Shown piece by piece: positions 12,341 through 24,475 of a stretch of DNA of 64,000 nucleotides. Each line of letters starts with the position of its first letter. Positions within the stretch are counted from its first letter, which is position 1. A program made the translations under genes and the position numbers. Source of the stretch: Tubulanus polymorphus (taxonomy: Eukaryota; Animalia; Nemertea); contig NC_134027.1 of the NCBI RefSeq assembly GCF_964204645.1, positions 19,430,560-19,494,559 on the forward strand, in the 5' to 3' direction. The notes under the pieces were generated by a model. The model saw nothing but the letters and a program-made list of their open reading frames with translations. It was not told the DNA's origin and did not search any database.

Positions 12341-13984
12341 TCATTAAAAGCATTCACCTCGACCACAACTATTCTTCACTTACAAACCCACATTTTAAAG
12401 AAACAAAATCACCGAAAGAATATCTTGCTAATATATGGAGAACATTACCAATTAGTAACGTTATCGACCTTCTAAGTAAATCATCCGTTAAATGTATGTT
12501 AAAAACCTATCTCATCTCCACTTATAGTAACCTAACTGTTTGCGATAATATTAACTGCTATAACTGTTATTTAAGATTATTGAATCCCCAAACTGTATAA
12601 TTAATAATCAATCACATGATAATTACGCATCCACATTCTGCTGAGTCATTTTGTTAATCATATTTGTATAATTTGTGTATATTTTTGTTACGGTACTTTG
12701 TTTGATTTTTTTGTATGGGTGCTAGCGTAAAGCGGCCTTTCTGGCTTTGCTATGCCTGTGCAGATTGTATATATGTTTACATATTGTATTCTATGCAAAT
12801 AAATCTATTGAATTGAATTGAATTGAATTGAACGATTGATAATGGATGAGACCAATGATGGGGGTACCAGTATCCCTGCAACTGTATAATAAAATAACTT
12901 TATATTATACAGGGATAGTGGACCTGGTCATTGATATTGGTTTTATTCATTCACTATCAATTGTGACAAGTCCCTGTGGGCGGAAGCGAGTTCGGGAGTG
13001 ATACCTGACCCCTGGCAAGCGAGGACGAACCATCCCTGGTTGGAAGGATTGATTATGATAAACTCGGAGGCATCCGTTTCTCAGCTTTTAGTATAGGACA
13101 TATTCGATTGTAGTCATCGATAGATTAGTGTTGATGAACAGAATGAATGAATTATAAATAATTCAATATTATTACTTGGTTTGTAGTTTTGAATTAATGT
13201 CAGACGCATTTCTTTCATTTTATAATGTATTGATGTGTAAGATTTCCCGCTGCATATATTGCAGTGTTAGTGATCTACCTACAACAAAATATACCTACAA
13301 CAAATTGGTACAACAAAATGTAATTGGCAGTCACATGATTCCAAAATGGCCGCGCCCGGCAGTTTAATATTTTGGTAAACAATGTTGGAACAATGTTCCG
13401 TTCCTTTTTTTATCACTCTTTACAAAACTAATGCTGAAGTTCCAAAAATAATATGTAATACGTGAAATCTAAGTGACGGACGCCTCGTCACAGCTTGATT
13501 CAATTTTTCATAGTAAGAAATGATAGCGATTGGGGAAAACAACCTCAAGTACACGGGGTAACGAAGTCAAAAACACTCAAAATATTGTCAGTGACAAGGA
13601 GCTACTTAAATGTTGTTAATGAAACTGGAAAGAGAATCAACTCCAATATTCCATATTGAAATTGTGCTGTATTTGAACCCAAAGCAATGAATTAATGAAG
13701 AAATTAAATCAACTTAGTCAAAACTTGGAAAATTTAAAATTAATGCTCGATAGGCCTACGACCAATCTGTCCGGATGTTAGGCCTTTGCACATAGGCCTA
13801 CATAGTCTCTAGTAGCCTCTACTAGGTTAAAGCTAAGTTCACTGTAAAGGAGGAATCAGATTTATTAAAATGCATATTAGTGATTAGGCCTAACTGGTTG
13901 TGACTTGCAACGATCAATCACAATTATCAATTTTATTGCCAAAAATGAAGATTTTTGTCAAAAATGAAGATTTTTTTGAAAATT

Positions 13985-15330
13985 TCGTCTGAGCAGACAG
14001 CTTTATAAGCCACCCTTTCATTTGAGTTTTTTCATCATAAATGAAACTGGTATTTCATTAATTCCTAATGACTAAAGCATGGCGTAGGTCGGCCTTGCGA
14101 CGGCTTGTGATTCACTGCGACGCCAATCATTGCGACGCCAGCGACGATTCTGTCGCAACGACGATTCTGTCGCAACGACTCATCGACCTAAGCTCCCTTG
14201 CAACGGGTTGCGACTGTCAGCAACGCCAGTCACAAGGAGTCGCACGTGTTCTACTTTTTGCGACGTGACACGACTGTCACAACCAACCGACGCGCTCTTG
14301 CGACTGGCAGAAACTAGTTGCACACAGTCGCTGACAATCGTATCGCAACCGAATTGCACCGAAACTTGCGAGGATTGCATTGCGTCACAAGGCCGACCTA
14401 CATCCGGCTTTAAGTTACAGCGGAGCCCCAGAAATATCTTTTTTTTTCATTCAAAAGACCTTTCGCTAGAAAATACTTTCGTCGGAACAAAATTTATTTC
14501 ATTCCAACCAATAATATTCTTTTCGATTGAACCAATTTGAAAAAATCGTTAGAACAAAGTTGAACAAACTTTTTTTGTCCAAACGAAAGGTTTTTCTTTC
14601 GAACAACCATTCGATCGAACAGAATCGTTTTGATTTGAACAGAATTTTCTTGTCAGAACATTAAGTTTTTCGTTCGAACAAGTATATTGTAAAAAGTTTT
14701 TTCTCCGAACCAAAAGTATTAAGTATTTCGTTCAATCGAACAGAATTGTTTTCATTCAAACATTCATTCGAAAAAATTGTTTTCGCTCAACCAAATTTTT
14801 TGCCGGGACAAAAAATTTTTCATTTCAACAATAACATAGCTTTTTATTCGAACTCATCTTTTTGTCAGAATGAAGAAAATTTTTGGTTCAAGCAAAAAGC
14901 GTATTGTTCGATCTAACAGAATTGTTATCATTCGAACAAGATTTTCTTGTTGGAACATTAAATTTTTTGGTCGAACAGCGTGTTAAGGTCGATTTGGAAA
15001 TTAACTCGGTCGGGTATATGTTCGATTACTGCGTATGTCATTTGTCAGGACATTAAACAGAAGACGGTTTAGGATACTACCTTGCGTGACTCCACTAGTT
15101 AGACCGACTTATTCCAAGATGAGGCGTTCCATTGATTTCAAGTTTTGGTTCAGAGATAACTGCTGAGCCATTTGGGCGACCTATCATTGATACTGTTTCC
15201 TAATAGCCTGTTTAGTAATGGCTGATGTTGTGCCTTATCAAATGCTTTGTCGAAATCCACCGTTGAACAGGATTCTAAGACTGTGCAGAAAACCCGTTAT
15301 CGCTGCTTTGCAGCTATATTTCAGATTTGT
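13985..15330 (-). repeat. Composite dispersed repeat (degenerate CR1 RT fragment plus TTCGAACAA-rich tract), copy 1
   Basis: Reverse-complement similarity to 35340-36415 and 38430-39395, and near identity of 14370-14560 with 63805-64000. Confidence 0.7.
14076..14409. mobile_element. MITE, PIF/Harbinger-like
   Basis: TIRs GTAGGTCGGCCTTGCGACG and CGTCACAAGGCCGACCTAC, TAA/TTA-like flanks, internal TGCGAC/GTCGCA repeats. Absent from the paralogous copy near 36330. Confidence 0.65.
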
Positions 15331-15648
15331 TATTCTATTACGTCCCATGATTTCGTTGATGAATTAATCATTTATCCTCGCAAAGTTTGTTCGAAAATGA
15401 TGTTAAATCACAATTGCACGGAAGATATTTCATAAGATGAAAAACATATACGTTAGTTCACATAAATTTCGAATATCCTCAAATGTTTGTACGACAATGA
15501 AGTAAACTCAAAATCGAACGGAGGTAAAACTTTTTCAATTAAAATGTAATATATATATAATATATAAAACGCTGTTGTTGATCGTATGTAGTCAAAAAGG
15601 TTTGTGTAAGGTCGAACCAGTGTTACTCGATTTTATAAGGGGTATTCT

Positions 15649-16280
15649 AGGTCCACGTCGATAAGCCTGACACTCGGATCGAGCCAGATTCTTTAATTGC
15701 TCATTATCAAATTTTACATTTAGATGTAATTAAGATTAGAATTGAAAGAAAACGTCGTCGTTCACGACACTTATTTTAGACTGGTGTTGTGTGAACTATT
15801 GTCAATGATGTGTAACAAAGAACCTGCTGGCAGTTTCGGTTTCAGCACCATCCGCATCGTATCAATAGTTTAATTGTTCATAATTATGACCATAATTATG
15901 TGCATATGTTGTGATTTGTTTGTTCGATAAAGCCTTGTTTCAAATGAAAATATTAGTTCACCAAAGTGTTAATCCATTTTATAAGGTCCACGTCAATAAG
16001 TCTGACACGCGGTGCCAGATTCTATAATTGCTCATTATCAAATTTTATATTAGATGTAATTTATTCTTATCTTAATAATTAAGATCAGAATTGAATGGAA
16101 ACGTCATCGTTCGCGATACGTATTCTAAACTTATGTTGTGTGAACTATTATTGTCAATGATAGAATAATAAAGAACCTGCTGGGAGTTTTGGTTTCAGCG
16201 CCATCCGTAGTTTAATTGTTTATAATGTGCATATTCATGATTTGTTTGTTCGATAAAGCCTTGTTTCCGGTTGAAAATAT
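15649..16280. repeat. Tandem duplication, two copies of about 330 bp
   Basis: AGGTCCACGTC...GATAAAGCCTTGTTTC begins at about 15650 and again at about 15983. Confidence 0.8.
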
Positions 16281-17861
16281 TTATCATTCCAGAGAATAAC
16301 CCTATTGACGTGCTATTTAAGTGATCCAAACCCGTGCATAAGGGTTACCCTGGTTTTGAATTATATCGTTGCTGTTTTCTGTGCGGCCAAGTCTTCCTTC
16401 TAAAGTTATGAAAAATTGTTATTGAATAATTGTCTTTAAAACAACCCCGTGCTGCAATGAGTTCAAATCGAGAATACATTAATATGCATACATATTCTGT
16501 GGAATATACAATCATAGATTTTTCCCTGGTGTAATGGTATTCGCCATTTCAGCAGGGTAATGACACGAGTTTGCATTTTAAGTATTGCCGGCAGTGAGAC
16601 ACGTACAGATAATCGGAAATGAGTAATCTGAATCTGGTAGATCTGAATGAAGTGATAGCTTCACGATAGCTCGAGTTAAGGGGTGGGAAGAAAGAAGATG
16701 AAACTGTAACTATGTAACTGTAAGTTTTGATTCATTTCTGAAATTTGGCTTGATATATTATAAGCTCAAATTTCAGAAATGAATCAAACCTCATAATTCT
16801 TTAATCTTATATTATAAGATCAAATGAAATTTGATATTCTAATTTTTGCGAGAAAAAAAATTTCTTATAAATCAGGTCTCGGTACCACTGTCTGCTAAAA
16901 AGATTATTCTTTCGATTTAGATTAAGTGTCATTTTTTAATGGTTTAAAACTCTTTATGAAACCATAATGTAACCAATGACATTTCTATGGTGGGAACTGA
17001 GAGGGGTTTTTGCAATATTGAAGAATTTTGACCTGGTAGTTAATTTAGAAATTAGCTCCATTTGGAAATAAACGGAAGATGAGAGAAGATTACAACGCAT
17101 TTCTTAATTACCTTCAAAAAGAAAAAAAATCGAATACGCGTTGAAACGCACAAATCGGAAAATTATTTTCTGCTAGAAAAAACTAGAATTAGCAGGAAAT
17201 GCGAATGTCAGTACAAAAATTGATTTCTCTTGCGAAAAATATACATTTCTTTCTAATCCGCCTGGAATACGGTTCAAAATAAGCAGTGCACGCGGCCAGC
17301 GGTTCCGATTTCCTTATCTGGTGAAGAAGGGGCGGAGACTAATGTTTTTGCCGACCGCGATGTTGCTGCTGCTCGAGAGCGAGACTATGCCGTGCCGATC
17401 CGCCGCCGCGCTGGCCGAGAAATTTTACGACTCTAACGCGACTCTCACCGCAGTTTTTAGGGTCGTTACTTTTGATTAAAAAAGTGTATTTCAGTGCTGC
17501 CGCTGAGAATGACAGCTGCGCGCGCGAGAGCGTAATTCTCCGGGATTCGAACCTGCGCGCCGAACCGCGTGGCACCGGGCCGCGGCCGCGTTTTGTTATT
17601 ATGAATTCGCCCCTGTTGCTAAGGGAATTTCAGCTTTTTTCAACTCGATCGATCAACGCGGTTCATTGTTAAACTATTCATCAACCCAATCTTGTTCGAA
17701 ATTTCATGAAATAAATACATTCTGAAATAACCCGATCCATAAGTTACCGTATTTTAGTTAGTGGAATGCCGGATTTCAGCGTGACGTAATTCTACTTCCG
17801 ATTTCCCCATGAACTTCAAACCGGACGTCAAGTGATGTCATTTTTTTCTGACTTTGTCAGG

Positions 17862-18630
17862 CCGCAAAAACCGTAAAGTTTCCCAAGTCTCCGTTTCTAC
17901 CTAACGCATGCGCATTAGTCAGTGCTGGAATTGCTCTAAGTCGAGAAATCGGCACATTGCGCATGCGGCACTACATGTGAGCTACATGTAACCTTTAATG
18001 ACTAATAGTCGCTGTAGTTTCCATTAGGTTCGAATCCCGTAAAAATATTGATCTTATTTACGCTGTTCATCTTATAAGCGGCGCTATCAGATTCGAAACC
18101 CGAAAATTACTGATCGTACTTCAAGCAATACGACATGAACTTTGATGATTAAAGTGTCACTGGGTTATTGTTTGCCGAGTAAAAAAGTGAAAGCATCCCG
18201 AATATGAAATAATAAACTTTGATAGCCCCAGGATTTACTTTTAAGTGCTATTAGGTTCGAATCCCGAATGTGTAGCAGAAAAATACATTCATCCTTTTTA
18301 ATATACCGATATATATCTTAGATTTTTAGCTTATGGCAAGACCACTTGAACACCTGTCATTCCCAAAAATACAAATGATCCTCTAAGAGGATCATGAAGA
18401 GTCTTAAGTGACCAAACAAACTGCGCCTTCCCGCTGCGCAAAAGTTCACGCAGGTTCATTCCGTTATAGTTCTATGTTTCAGCGTTCTGACATGACCCAG
18501 TTTAGGAAAAAATACACATGTAGTGACGCATGCGCACGCGACCGATTTCTGGACTTAGAGGATTTCCCCAACACTTCCTAATGCGCATGCGTTATAAACA
18601 GAGACTTGGGAAACTTTACGGTTTTTGCTG
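17862..18630. mobile_element. Non-autonomous TIR element with about 120-bp imperfect TIRs
   Basis: GCAAAAACCGTAAAGTTTCCCAAGTCTC ... GAGACTTGGGAAACTTTACGGTTTTTGC. Possible CAG TSD; superfamily uncertain. Confidence 0.7.
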
Positions 18631-19065
18631 TCAGCTAGTCAGAATCGGTTAAGAAGACACTTCGTAGTACCCACATATACGCGTTTACCAAAGGGACGTC
18701 CTCCGGGCGCCAAAGGCGCCCGGCGTCCGTCTATCAATGGGAAAGGGAAAGTTCTCTTTATTTGCTACTTATCCTGGGTTGATTGGATTTATAGGCCTAT
18801 CACTGATCACGTCACAGGGACTTGACACAAAAGGATTTTGACCCCAGTATCCTTAATGTCTATTTCAACCTGATTTGAGAGCATACAGAGTGGCCTAGCT
18901 CAGTCAGTTTTGGTGGTACATACCTGATAAAAGTCTTATTAGGACCAGAATGCATTGGCAGTCGACCTAAATCATCATTTTTAATCCATTTGAAACTGTA
19001 ATGAAGGATATCCAAAAAATCTGCATTATTGAGAGGGGTTCCTGAGAGAAAAGAGACTCCATGAT

Positions 19066-19308
19066 CAGTGGCGGATTTAGCCTACCGCTCTTGCCGCTAA
19101 TGCGGTAGTCAACATTTTTCCTTTTGACTTAGCTGATTCCTTGGAAAAAAGTACCCATATATTAAAACAGGATTTTTCTCTTCCAAAACCCAGGAAATGT
19201 CATCTCAGCCCTTAAAATTTTTCAGACCCCCCGCCGTAGGCACGTCGTGCCTTCGGCACTCGGTTGCCGAAATGCGGTAGTCATATTATGCCTGTGGATC
19301 CGCCACTG
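19066..19308. mobile_element. Non-autonomous hAT-like (hAT5-type) element
   Basis: TIR CAGTGGCGGAT...ATCCGCCACTG and 5-bp TSD ATGAT. Confidence 0.85.
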
Positions 19309-19379
19309 ATGATTTGAAAGTTTAACAATATGTCTCCATGCCTACCAACTGAAATTTGATACGTAGGCATGGAAACATG

Positions 19380-20131
19380 TAGTCTAGTACCTAGCCGTCG
19401 TTCTACAAACAACGTCTAGGGCGAAAGTGCTCATATAAGGTTAATTTTCGTCCCTCATTTTGAGGGCCGAGGCTTTGAGCGTCTATTTCACCCCTTAAAA
19501 CACCATCAACTTACCTCAAACGGACTGTTCTGTAATCAGACAGAAGTTACCTATTGTTTGGGCATAAATTTGTAATCTTAAGTAGCTTTTGACGATCGTA
19601 GTAGCTCAAAACTTTTGACTAGTCGCCTCAAAAAATAGTTGAAGTGAAGCAACATTACAAATATGGCGGCTTTTCATGGTGCATGAGGGGAGTGTAAATT
19701 ACGAATTCGGACTTGAACTTGGACTGATTTTGATGCCAATGCAGATAATATTCTTGTTTCAAATTCTTAAGGTCAAAATTGACCAAAATTTATGCGTTTT
19801 ATCAACAAAAATTAACATTTAGGCCTAGAGTAATTTTTGAGAGACATTGAATTTTCACATTTTATTAATTTAGTCCGTATTGGAAATCCCGATTGTGGCA
19901 ATCAATTCAAATCAAATCAATAAATTCTCCGGTTCGCGATTTAAATCAAAAATATTATTATAAAACACATTTTCAAAGTCAACAAGGTAACTAATTAATT
20001 TATTTTAATACAAATGTTTGATTTGACACTAATATCAGTTGTTGCATTGCAATTAACAGGAGTTAACCTCTATATGATACTTAAGCGTCAGACGTTGTAG
20101 GGAACCCTTACAACGACTGGTATTCAGACTA
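19380..20131. mobile_element. Non-autonomous DNA transposon, AcademH-like
   Basis: Termini TAGTCT...AGACTA with subterminal AACGTCT/AGACGTT and a perfect 9-bp TSD GGAAACATG. Confidence 0.75.
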
Positions 20132-20633
20132 GGAAACATGTTGTTAAACTTTGAAATCATGAAGTCACTTCTCTTCATTTAACCCCTTTCAGTGAAGACT
20201 TTTTGGATATCCTTCAATACAGTTTCAAATGGATAAAAAAAGGATGATTAAGGTCGACTGCCTGCCTTTATCAGGTATGTACTACCATAAATGAGCGAGC
20301 TAGGCCACCTGGAATTCTCTCAAGTCAGGTTGAAATAGACATTGGGTAGGCCTACTAGGCCCTATATATATAAAAAGACAACTCTCCGTTTGTTTTAAAA
20401 AATCATGGTCATTTTTACTTCCAGTTCTGGTGCGGTACAGACAGATTTTGTCGATTTTTTCGGATTAATCGCACGATTTAACAATTTCAAAGGCACTCAA
20501 ATCTTTCTCAAACCACTCGGTCTAACGCAGAAATTCATTATCTTTAAGAATAATCTTACTCGAAGCGGATTGGATTGTTAATAACGAAGTTACGAACTGT
20601 TGAAGTGACATAGCTATCGACCGATCTGACAGT

Positions 20634-21322
20634 GTTAGCGAAGGGCAGCAGAGCTGATGGGTTAGGGGTCGTCTGTCCGTCTGCCAACTTTAGCTTCAAT
20701 TCGCTACTAGTCCTACAGTATTAATCAGATCAATTCCAAATTTAGTATGAATGTTCTATGGACCAAGGTCTATAAAGTTACAGAGCCATTTTTTGGATTC
20801 GTCCCCCAGGGGACGCCCCGGGGGGTTGAGTTTTTGGTTTACCTTTTGAGTTCTATTCAAATTGCTACTAGTCCTACAGTTTTAATCAGATCAATTCCAA
20901 ATTTGGTATGAATGTTCTATGGAGCAAGTCCTATGAAGTTACAGAGCCATTTTTTGGATTTATCCCCCAGGGAGCGCCCCTGGGGGTGGAGTTTCTATTC
21001 AATCGCTACTTGCCCTACAGTTTTAATCCCATCAATTCCAAATTTAGTATGAATGTTCAATGGACCAAGGCCTATAAAGTAACAGAGCCATTTTTGGATT
21101 CGTGGGCGCCCCTGGAGGTGGAGTTTCTATTTCTTCAAATTGCTATTAGTCCTACAGTTTTACTCAGGTCAAGTCCAAATTTAGTATGAATGTTCTATGG
21201 ACCAATACCTTCAAGGTACAGAGCTCTTTTTGGATTTGGCCCCAAGGGGGCACTCCTAGGTATGCAGTTCTATTTCTTCAAATCACACAGCGGAGCTATA
21301 TAAGCTGATAGGCCACTTGTTT
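20634..21322 (+). mobile_element. Helentron-associated (HINE/DINE-1-like) element, family B
   Basis: TTAG start, GTCTGTCCGTCTG microsatellite, four internal tandem repeats of about 130-160 bp, and an end ...GGCCACTTG in a TT site. Confidence 0.65.
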
Positions 21323-21609
21323 TAATCAATTCACAATGACTTTGTTGTTTGTTTGATGCCTATAACACCTCACTTGACGGTCTTGTGCAAATTGACCGTA
21401 AAGTGAGAGTAAATTTCCACTTAACAATCTAATGAAACGAAACGTAGAAATCGAAAAAATGAAATCATCAAGACTTATTCATATTTTTTATCAACAGGAA
21501 TTTATTATTTTATCAATTATTATTGAAAACACAAAGTTTTTGAAATGTAGGCCTATGTGGATATTTTGGAAATCCTTCAAAAATAACATCGTCGCTTCAT
21601 TTTGGAAGT

Positions 21610-23657
21610 GGGTGTCACTAAACCTAAGACCCCCTAAACCTAAGACCTAAGACCCGTTAGGTCTTATGTTTAGGGGGTCTTAGGTTTAGTGACACCTATA
21701 TATAATATACTAAACATAAGACCCATAAACCTAAGACCCCCAAATATCTCGTCTCTGATAAATGAACCAAATTTAAATAGGCCATCGATGGATCATTTTA
21801 ACTAATATCTATATATTAGAACCATTTTGAATAGTCTAAAGTACACAAATAATGATTTAGAGTCGGGTCTTAGGTTTATGGGTCTTAGGTTTAGTGACAC
21901 CTATATATAATATACTAAACCTAAGACCCATAAACCTAAGACCCCCAAATATCTCGTCTTTGATAAAGAAACCAAATTTTAAAAGGCCATCGATGGATCA
22001 TTTTAACTAATATCTATATATTAGAACCATTTCGAATAGTCTGAAGTACACAAATTATGATTTAGATTCGGGTCTTAGGTTTATGGGTCTAAGGTTTAGT
22101 GACACCTATATATAATATACTAAACCTAAGACCCATAAACCTAAGACCCCCAAATATCTCGTCTCTGATAAAGAAACCAAATTTTAATAGGCCATCGATG
22201 GATCATTTTAACTAATATCTATATATTAGAACCATTTCGAATAGTCTGAAGTACACAAATTATGATTTAGATTCGGGTCTTAGGTTTATGGGTCTTAGGT
22301 TTAGTGACACCTATATATAATATACTAAACCTAAGACCCATAAACCTAAGACCCTCAAATATCACGTCTCTGATAAATAAACCAAATTTAAATAGGCAAT
22401 CGATGGATCATTTTAACTAAAATCTATATATTAGAACCATTTTGAATAGTCTAAAGTACACAAATAATGATTTAGAGTCGGGTCTTAGGTTTATGGGTCT
22501 TAGGTTTAGTGACACCTATATATAATATACTAAACCTAAGACCCATAAACCTAAGACCCCCAAATATCTCGTCTCTGATAAATGAACCAAATTTAAATAG
22601 GCCATCGATGGATCATTTTAACTAATATCTATATATTAGAACCATTTTGAATAGTCTAACGTACACAAATAATGATTTAGAGTCGGGTCTTAGGTTTATG
22701 GGTCTTAGGTTTAGTGACACCTATATATAATATACTAAACCTAAGACCCATAAACCTTAGACCCCCAAATATCTCGTCTCTGATAAAAGAACTAAATTTT
22801 AATAGGCCATCGATGGATCATTTTAACTAATATCTATATATTAGAACCATTTTGAATAGTCTAACGTACACAAATAATGATTTAGAGTCGGGTCTTAGGT
22901 TTATGGGTCTTAGGTTTAGTGACACCTATATATAATATACTAAACCTAAGACCCATAAACCTAAGACCCGACTCTAAATCATTATTTGTGTACTTTAGAC
23001 TATTCAAAATGGTTCTAATATATAGATATTATATAGATATATATTAATGATCCATCGATGGCCTATTTAAATTTGGTTTATTTATCAGAGACGAGATATT
23101 TGGGGGTCTTAGGTTTATAGGTCTTAGGTTTAGTATGTTATATATAGGTGTCACTAAACCTAAGACCCGACTCTAAGTTATTATTTGTGTACTTTAGACT
23201 ATTCGAAATGGTTCTAATATATAGATATTAGTTAAAATGATCCATCGATGGCCTATTAAAATATAGTTCATTTATCAGAGACGAGATATTTGGTACACAA
23301 ATAATGATTTAGAGTCGGGTCTTAGGTTTATGGGTCTTAGGTTTAGTATATTATATATAGGTGTCACTAAACCTAAGACCCATAAACCTAAGACCCGACT
23401 CTAAATCATTATTTGTGTACTTTAGACTATTCAAAATGGTTCTAATATATAGATATTAGTTAAAATGATCCATCGATGGCCTATTAAAATTTAGTTCATT
23501 TATCAGAGACGAGATATTTGGGGGTCTTAGGTTTATGGGTCTTAGGTTTAGTATACTATATATAGGTGTCACTAAACCTAAGACCCATAAACATAAGACC
23601 TAACGGGTCTTAGGTCTTAGGTCTTAGGTTTAGGGGGTCTTAGGTTTAGTGACACCC
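21610..23657. mobile_element. Foldback/MULE-like element made of a 205-bp satellite
   Basis: Termini GGGTGTCACTAAACCTAAGACCCCCTAAACC and its complement, perfect 10-bp TSD TTTTGGAAGT, six full direct 205-bp units plus a partial one, then about three inverted units. Confidence 0.9.
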
Positions 23658-24345
23658 TTTTGGAAGTCTACATAAAACCTTGTCATGTCACGTGTATGCA
23701 ATACAAAGAAAAATGCGGCCTCTGACAGAATTTTTAGTAGAAATTGATGAAATTCTAAAAGAAATGTTGATTAATCGCTCAAAGCATTCATGAAATTGGA
23801 TTAATTCAAATGGTTCCTGCTAGTTTAAGCTCATCCAATTATAAAAGCTCACCAACAATGATGATTAGGTATCTTAACTAGAACGCCATAAGCGAAAAAG
23901 CATTGGGCAAATGGTCCGTTGTCTAATGACCCGTATCTTCCATTGATAAAACTTGTAACTATTCATGAATTATTGTGAAAAGCAAGTGCCAAGTGTCAAG
24001 TTCTGTTGCAAACACCAATAACTTCTTCCCTAATTCAAGCTATATGTATATGAGGCACATGTCCAATAGGGGACGAAAGGCTGTAAATGTATTTCTACTA
24101 AATCGCTGTGACAATGAATTCCAATAATTGAATAACGTTACTCAGTACAGATTACCCATAAATTGTAACTCATCTGGCGGTAGTGCAAGTGGCCTACAAG
24201 ACCAATAATGCTTTATTCTCATTGATTTGGTTTTTCTCAAATGAGTTTTAGGGGTCAATCGTCTTTGTGAGACTGGATCCTGAGAACTAAGTAGCCAACT
24301 AAGTAATTCCTGAAGTGACTTGTTTTCTTTTGGTCTATTTCTAGA

Positions 24346-24475
24346 ATGTCAACAAGAAAGAGAACCCTAAGCTTACGCAGTATAGAATTTGAATCAACTA
24401 TGAACGATATAACAGAAACCACAAGACTGTTATCTTCACATGAAAGTCAGATCGACATTATATCACCCCCTACAG
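24346..24475 (+). CDS. SLC38A7: SLC38A7 coding exon 1
   Basis: Acceptor tttctag one base before the ATG. Encodes MSTRKRTLSLRSIEFESTMNDITETTRLLSS...PPT. The phase-1 donor gtaatt matches exon 2. Confidence 0.75.

Larger units (their letters stand above)
6999..12831 (+). mobile_element. Full-length but inactivated CR1/L2-group LINE (Crack/L2-like)
   Basis: ORF1 plus APE-RT ORF2, AATAAA and an (ATTGA)n tail at 12807-12831. Both ends are defined by the interrupted MITE. Confidence 0.9.
6982..12978. mobile_element. About 160-bp P-element-like MITE split by a LINE insertion
   Basis: TIRs CACAGGGACTTGTCAC (6982-6997) and GTGACAAGTCCCTGTG (12963-12978), with homology continuing after the LINE tail. 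8-bp TSD GGTGGAAG (6974-6981) and GGCGGAAG (12979-12986). Confidence 0.75.
18855..20343. mobile_element. Palindromic (foldback) MITE of about 480 bp carrying two nested elements
   Basis: AATGTCTATTTCAACCTGA ... TCAGGTTGAAATAGACATT. The arms pair along their length once the nested inserts are removed. Confidence 0.8.

Noticed and set aside
21610-23657. CRISPR-like array or true telomere
   Set aside because: Whole 205-bp units are near-identical with no unique spacers, no cas genes are present, and the TTAGG motifs are interspersed inside a TSD-flanked element.
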